64,000 nucleotides of DNA from Nitrospirales bacterium (GTDB lineage Bacteria; Nitrospirota; Nitrospiria; Nitrospirales; UBA8639): positions 128,001 through 192,000 of the forward strand of contig CBDCWC010000002.1 of NCBI GenBank assembly GCA_965223295.1. Reading direction: 5' to 3'. The notes beneath the pieces were generated by a model. That model was given only the letters and a program-made list of their open reading frames with translations, was not told the DNA's origin and ran no database searches. This document shows positions 59,290 through 64,000 of this stretch, one piece after another (position 1 is the stretch's first letter; every line of letters begins with the position of its first letter). A program made the position numbers and the translations under genes.

Positions 59290-59495
59290 AGATTGTGATT
59301 TCGTAGTTCTCTCCTCACCAATCTTCGAAGTTTCCCATGGTCTATTTGGGTGAGATGTGATGGGTTGGCTCTTGTTGTTGAAAGGAGTCGTTGGCAAGGT
59401 GTGTCCTCCTCTGGAAATCAAAGCTATATGTAGAGGGATGGTTGTTCATGCTAGTATGAATTGAACAAATTGGGAGTCCAAAAGGAGAATGGTTT

Positions 59496-60398
59496 ATGGC
59501 TGACGAACAACAATCTCAGAGTTCCCCTGCTGCTGCTGCGAATCAGCCACAAGAGAATCTGATTCCTGGGGTGAAGCATGTTATCGCGGTAAGTAGCGGA
59601 AAAGGGGGAGTTGGTAAATCGACTGTGACAGTGAATATGGCTGTTGCGTTACGGCAAGACGGGTTTCAGGTCGGTGTCATGGATGCTGATATTTATGGGC
59701 CGAATCTCCCCATGATGATCGGGGTCACTCAGGAACCTGTGAAGGACGGGGAGAAAATTACTCCAGCCGAGGGACAGGGGGTAAAAGTTATCTCTATGGG
59801 GTTTTTTGTGCCAGAGGATACCCCCGTGGTTTGGCGAGGTCCGATGGTTCATGGGGCCATTCAACAGTTCTTCCGTGATGTCGTCTGGGGTGAACTGGAT
59901 TATTTGTTGATTGATCTTCCTCCAGGAACGGGAGATGTCCCCTTAACGCTTTCTCAGCTTGTGCCCTTGACCGGGGCTATTACGGTCACGACTCCACAAG
60001 AAGTGGCCCTGTCTGATGTTCGTAAAGGCATGATGATGTTCAAAAAAGTAAATGTGCCATTGTTGGGTGTGGTGGAAAATATGAGCTATTTTGTGTGTGG
60101 ACATTGTGGGGAACGTAGTGAGATTTTTTCCTATGGCGGTGGAGAGGAGGCGGCGAAAAAATTTGACATCCCGTTTCTTGGCCGGGTTCCTCTTGATCCA
60201 GCCATTCGACAAGGGGGCGACTCGGGCAATCCGATTGTGGTGAACAATCCGGAGTCACCTCAGACGCAAGCCTTTTTCCAGATTGTACGGACACTTGTGA
60301 GCCAAATAGAACAAGGAGAGAAGAGCGAAGCCGGATCAGCTTCGACTCTGTCTAGTATGCTGAAAAAAATAAAAGACCCGATCCAGAAATCATCGTAG
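59496..60398 (+). CDS. apbC: Mrp/ApbC (NBP35) Fe-S cluster carrier ATPase
   Basis: [35 protein letters not shown].CxxC. Confidence 0.93.
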   Translation: MADEQQSQSSPAAAANQPQENLIPGVKHVIAVSSGKGGVGKSTVTVNMAVALRQDGFQVGVMDADIYGPNLPMMIGVTQEPVKDGEKITPAEGQGVKVISMGFFVPEDTPVVWRGPMVHGAIQQFFRDVVWGELDYLLIDLPPGTGDVPLTLSQLVPLTGAITVTTPQEVALSDVRKGMMMFKKVNVPLLGVVENMSYFVCGHCGERSEIFSYGGGEEAAKKFDIPFLGRVPLDPAIRQGGDSGNPIVVNNPESPQTQAFFQIVRTLVSQIEQGEKSEAGSASTLSSMLKKIKDPIQKSS

Positions 60399-60432
60399 AC
60401 TGCAGGGCAGTTGCCTGAAAAAAGGAGAGCGT

Positions 60433-60738
60433 ATGGGAGAGTGGATTCAAATTACTAAAACCGATGACGTGAGTCCTGGAAGTGGAATTGTTGTTGAAGT
60501 CAACGATAAATGTCTCGCGGTCTTTAATGTGGATGGGGCATTTCATGTCACGGATAACCTGTGTCTTCATCGAGGCGGGCCGTTAGGTGAAGGCGACCTG
60601 GAAGGGGAAACGGTGGCTTGTCCGTGGCATGGATGGGAATATAATGTGAAAACAGGTCATTGTCTGAACAATCCTTCCAGCAATATCAAAGCTTACGAGT
60701 CGATTGTAGAGGAGGGAGAAGTCAAAATACAGTTGTAG
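60433..60738 (+). CDS. Rieske-type ferredoxin
   Basis: CLH...CPWH. Confidence 0.93.
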   Translation: MGEWIQITKTDDVSPGSGIVVEVNDKCLAVFNVDGAFHVTDNLCLHRGGPLGEGDLEGETVACPWHGWEYNVKTGHCLNNPSSNIKAYESIVEEGEVKIQL

Positions 60739-60788
60739 GCCACGCCCGGAATCGAATCTTCAATACTTCCTACCTTAATTGTTATGAT

Positions 60789-62723
60789 TCACATGGTGAT
60801 TTGATTGAGCACTTCGCTCAATTCAGTCAGTCGAAAAGGTTTGGCCACCACGCCGTGAAACCCAAAAGTTGAGTAGCGTGAAAGGACTGGATCGTTGCAG
60901 TACCCACTGGCCACAATGGCTTTGACATGCGGATCAAACTGGCGCAGTTGTTGAATTGTATCTTTCCCGCCTAAGCCTCCCTGGACTGTGAGATCCAAGA
61001 TCACCGCATTGAATGGTTGTCGTGCATGAAACGCTTCTTGATACCGTTCAAGGGCTTCTTTCCCTTCGGCAGCGCATTGCACATCATAGCCCAGGTATTG
61101 GAGCATTTCGCGTAATACCAGACGAATTGATTCTTCGTCATCCATGACTAACACCCGTCCTTCTCCTGTCAACGGCGAAGGTTGAGTGTTTGTGGCAGGC
61201 AGGGGTTCTCTGGCCGCCGGCAGGTAAATGACAAATGTTGTACTCTGGCCATGAACCGAAGTGGCGGTAATCGAGCCATGATGGTTTTTAATGATCGAAT
61301 AGGCCGTGCTGAGACCTAGCCCGTTGCCCGTGGTTTTTGTCGAATAGTAGGGGTCAAAAATCTTGTGTAACGCATGGGGTGGTATGCCGGTCCCATTGTC
61401 TTGGACCGTTAATTGTAAATAATCTCCTGGTGAAGGTAAGGCTTCTTTTTTCGCCTGCGCGTCGGTTAACGTCACATTTTCTCCGTGGATGAGCACTTGG
61501 CCACCGTTTGGCATGGCCTGCTGGGCATTGACGGCAAGATTGTGAATCACTTGGCCAATTTGGCCTGCATCAGCTTCTACGAGCCAGATGTCGTCAGGGA
61601 TATCGCATTGGCAACTGGTTGATGAACCGGACAGCGCAAATGCCGCCGCATCCGAAATCACCTGCTGCAATCCCAATGGTTTTTTGAGTGGGGTCCCGCC
61701 TTTGGCGAATGTGAGGAGTTGATGAGTGAGCTTTTTGGCTCGGAGCGAGGCATTCTCGGCTTCGGACAAAAAGTTGTATAAATGATCACGGGAATTTACC
61801 CATGCTTTCGTCATGGAGAGATTGCCTAAGATCGTGGTGAGCAGATTATTGAAGTCATGCGCAATCCCCCCGGCAAGAAGGCCGAGCGATTCCAATTTGC
61901 TCGCTTTCAGACGCTCTTCATCCAGACGAATCCGCTCAGTCATGTCACGTAAGATCAAGACGGCTCCCAAGAGATGCCCCCCTGCTCCTCGCAAAGGTGA
62001 GACACTGTAGGCTACCGGCCGTTCTCCCGTGGCTCGATCGAACAAGGGATAATGATCAAGCGGATTGAGAGAAGAGCCCAACTCCAAGACATGTGTGACG
62101 GGATGATCGTCTTCCTTTTTCAGACCAGCATCCAGAAATCGCACGACTTCTTCAATGGGCCGGCCCATCGCGTCTTGCTGTCGCCATCCGCACAGCTCTT
62201 CTGCCATCTGGTTCATGTAGGTGATACGTCCCTGCAAGTCTGTCGTCAAGACGCCTTCGATAATGGCAGAAAGCGTGATGGTCATACGTTCGCGTTCTTC
62301 GCGTAACATTTCCTCCGTGACCTTGAGGCGTTGCTCCTGCTGGATTTGCTCAAATGTTTGCGTCACAATAGAGGGGAGCAGCTCGATAAGGTTGCTGTCT
62401 TTGATGAAATAATCGCGAGCGCCGCGTTTCATCATTTTGACGGCAAGCCGTTCGTCACCTTGGCCCGTGACGACGATAAATGGAAGGGAACGGCCACGTT
62501 GTTTAAGATGATGAATGAGATCTTCGCCGGACATGTCTGTGAGTTGCAGGTCCAGAAGAAGAAGATCCGCGTGATGGTGTGAGAGCCAAGTCAGCGCGTC
62601 TTCGCCGCTATGGGCGAAGGCAGTCTGAAACCCTTCTCGAGTGAGGCACCGTTGGATGAGAGATATCAGACCTTGATGGTCGTCTACGATTAAGACGGTG
62701 CGTGAATCTGATCTGTCCTCCAT
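60789..62723 (-). CDS. REC-PAS-kinase-REC hybrid histidine kinase (CckA-like core)
   Basis: AHDFNNLL, NAQQAM, DNGTG, STK..G.GLGL, REC at both ends. Confidence 0.93.
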   Translation of the reverse strand: MEDRSDSRTVLIVDDHQGLISLIQRCLTREGFQTAFAHSGEDALTWLSHHHADLLLLDLQLTDMSGEDLIHHLKQRGRSLPFIVVTGQGDERLAVKMMKRGARDYFIKDSNLIELLPSIVTQTFEQIQQEQRLKVTEEMLREERERMTITLSAIIEGVLTTDLQGRITYMNQMAEELCGWRQQDAMGRPIEEVVRFLDAGLKKEDDHPVTHVLELGSSLNPLDHYPLFDRATGERPVAYSVSPLRGAGGHLLGAVLILRDMTERIRLDEERLKASKLESLGLLAGGIAHDFNNLLTTILGNLSMTKAWVNSRDHLYNFLSEAENASLRAKKLTHQLLTFAKGGTPLKKPLGLQQVISDAAAFALSGSSTSCQCDIPDDIWLVEADAGQIGQVIHNLAVNAQQAMPNGGQVLIHGENVTLTDAQAKKEALPSPGDYLQLTVQDNGTGIPPHALHKIFDPYYSTKTTGNGLGLSTAYSIIKNHHGSITATSVHGQSTTFVIYLPAAREPLPATNTQPSPLTGEGRVLVMDDEESIRLVLREMLQYLGYDVQCAAEGKEALERYQEAFHARQPFNAVILDLTVQGGLGGKDTIQQLRQFDPHVKAIVASGYCNDPVLSRYSTFGFHGVVAKPFRLTELSEVLNQITM

Positions 62724-63159
62724 GAAAAACCCTCCTTCAACAGAAAACCCGGGACATGGAACTCTGCGCGTCGAACGTCACCTTGACGAAAAAATAAAGA
62801 CGAATGAGACACCGCACGCATCCAGGATGGCTGAGGAATGGTTGAAGTAGAGATCGGCACAGTAGCCGGGCTGAAATCAAACGCGAAATCTAGCTGGCTT
62901 TTGGCGGGGGACTGAAGCATTCAACTCTTGGCTGAATTCATGATTGGAAAAATAATGTGAAAAAAAAGGAACACAAATTTTAACGAAATTGTAAAAGGAC
63001 TGCAAGAGAAAATACAATGCGACATTGTCAATCTTCTTGAGAAAGTGGATCGGAGGAGCCATTGTTGCCTGTGGATAACGAACGTGAGACATGGCTTCCC
63101 CTGAAGGTTCTTGATACTATTGAAATATTGCCGTTTTCCACAGATAGTTTTCGCCAAAT

Positions 63160-64000
63160 ATGATCGTTAAACGTCTCCTGCTTTTCATCCCTCTCGTCTT
63201 GGTTCTTCTGCTTCTCCAGTCTTATTTTTGGGTACCAACCTACGAAAACCAAGCCGCTGGTAATCCCGATCGTCTGGTCACCTACATTGAAGGGTCCAGT
63301 GGAGATGCCAAACTACTGAATCCTATCCTGAACGCTGATATGTCGAGTGCCAATATTGTGGCGCAGGTGTTTGAAGGGCTGTTGGATATGGACGAGAATC
63401 TTGATCTTCGTGGTCGGCTGGCCACAGATTGGGAAATTTCTGAACGGGCGTACTTGTTAGTGAACCCTCATCATCGTTTTCCTGATGGAACAGAAGTGAC
63501 CGGGACCACTCTCTTGCACCGTATTCAGCAAGCTTGGCTCAAAGGAACTGACGAAGACTTGAAACAATATGTGCAAGCACTTGAACTCTTGCCGTCGACT
63601 CAACGTGAAGAAACCGTCTCGTTATTACTGCCTAATGCGGAGGGAAAACCACAAGTTCAAGAGGTATCGATCACGGTGAATGTTCCGGATCGAGTGGGGT
63701 TCACGCTTTCCCAAGTCGATCAAGATTTATTCGATCGCCTGAAGCCAATTATTGGAGAACAGTACTTTGAGCACTTTCCATTCGATGCGATGATCCGTTA
63801 TCCAAAAGAACTTGCGAAAGAAGCAGAGGAAGCGCTTCGGGCAAAGTTCCCAGAAATTCTTCCAATCGGAGAACATAATCCGACTATTGTGTTTCATCTG
63901 AGAAAAGGCGTGTATTTTCAAGATGGGCATGAATTCGATGCGGGAGACGTGAAGTTTACATATGAAGCGATCATGAATCCCCAAAACCTCTCGCCTCGGA
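63160..64000 (+). CDS. ABC transporter peptide-binding protein, SBP family 5 (partial, runs off right edge)
   Basis: Manual translation MIVKRLLLF...GDAKLLNP...FEGL...LATDWEIS...FHLRKGV.FQDG.EF.A.DVKFTY. Confidence 0.88.
   Translation, partial: MIVKRLLLFIPLVLVLLLLQSYFWVPTYENQAAGNPDRLVTYIEGSSGDAKLLNPILNADMSSANIVAQVFEGLLDMDENLDLRGRLATDWEISERAYLLVNPHHRFPDGTEVTGTTLLHRIQQAWLKGTDEDLKQYVQALELLPSTQREETVSLLLPNAEGKPQVQEVSITVNVPDRVGFTLSQVDQDLFDRLKPIIGEQYFEHFPFDAMIRYPKELAKEAEEALRAKFPEILPIGEHNPTIVFHLRKGVYFQDGHEFDAGDVKFTYEAIMNPQNLSPR

Noticed and set aside
1-64000. CRISPR array, tRNA/rRNA, prophage, integron or transposase
   Set aside because: No regularly spaced repeats, cloverleafs or hallmark genes seen by eye; the repeats are dispersed.

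Overview
64 kb of bacterial chromosome, most likely Nitrospirota (inferred from gene content, a small CPRC/CxxC zinc-finger gene and the repeat families). Housekeeping genes (lpxC, trmI, pyrE, dapF, typA, lgt, mrp/apbC, a frameshifted glgA) sit among many signalling genes: histidine kinases, response regulators, HD-GYP, a sigma54 activator, an ECF/anti-sigma pair and a group-2-like sigma70. The strongest candidate for an undescribed system is a three-gene locus at 15041-20696. It has one unknown protein followed by two full-length paralogues, each a fusion of two BrxD/DUF2791-like P-loop modules (N-terminal degenerate, C-terminal intact), with no BREX or Shango partner genes nearby. Other items read directly from the DNA: a c-di-GMP-I riboswitch with terminator ahead of a phosphorelay operon, four sigma54 -24/-12 promoters, an OmpA/VIT-vWA/class-GN sortase module, a His/Tyr-type diheme enzyme, two MITE families with target-site duplications, a three-copy structured repeat with compensatory base changes, a VapBC module and several pseudogenes. 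No tRNA, rRNA, CRISPR array, integrase or transposase was recognised. All family calls are by eye; no database searches were run.
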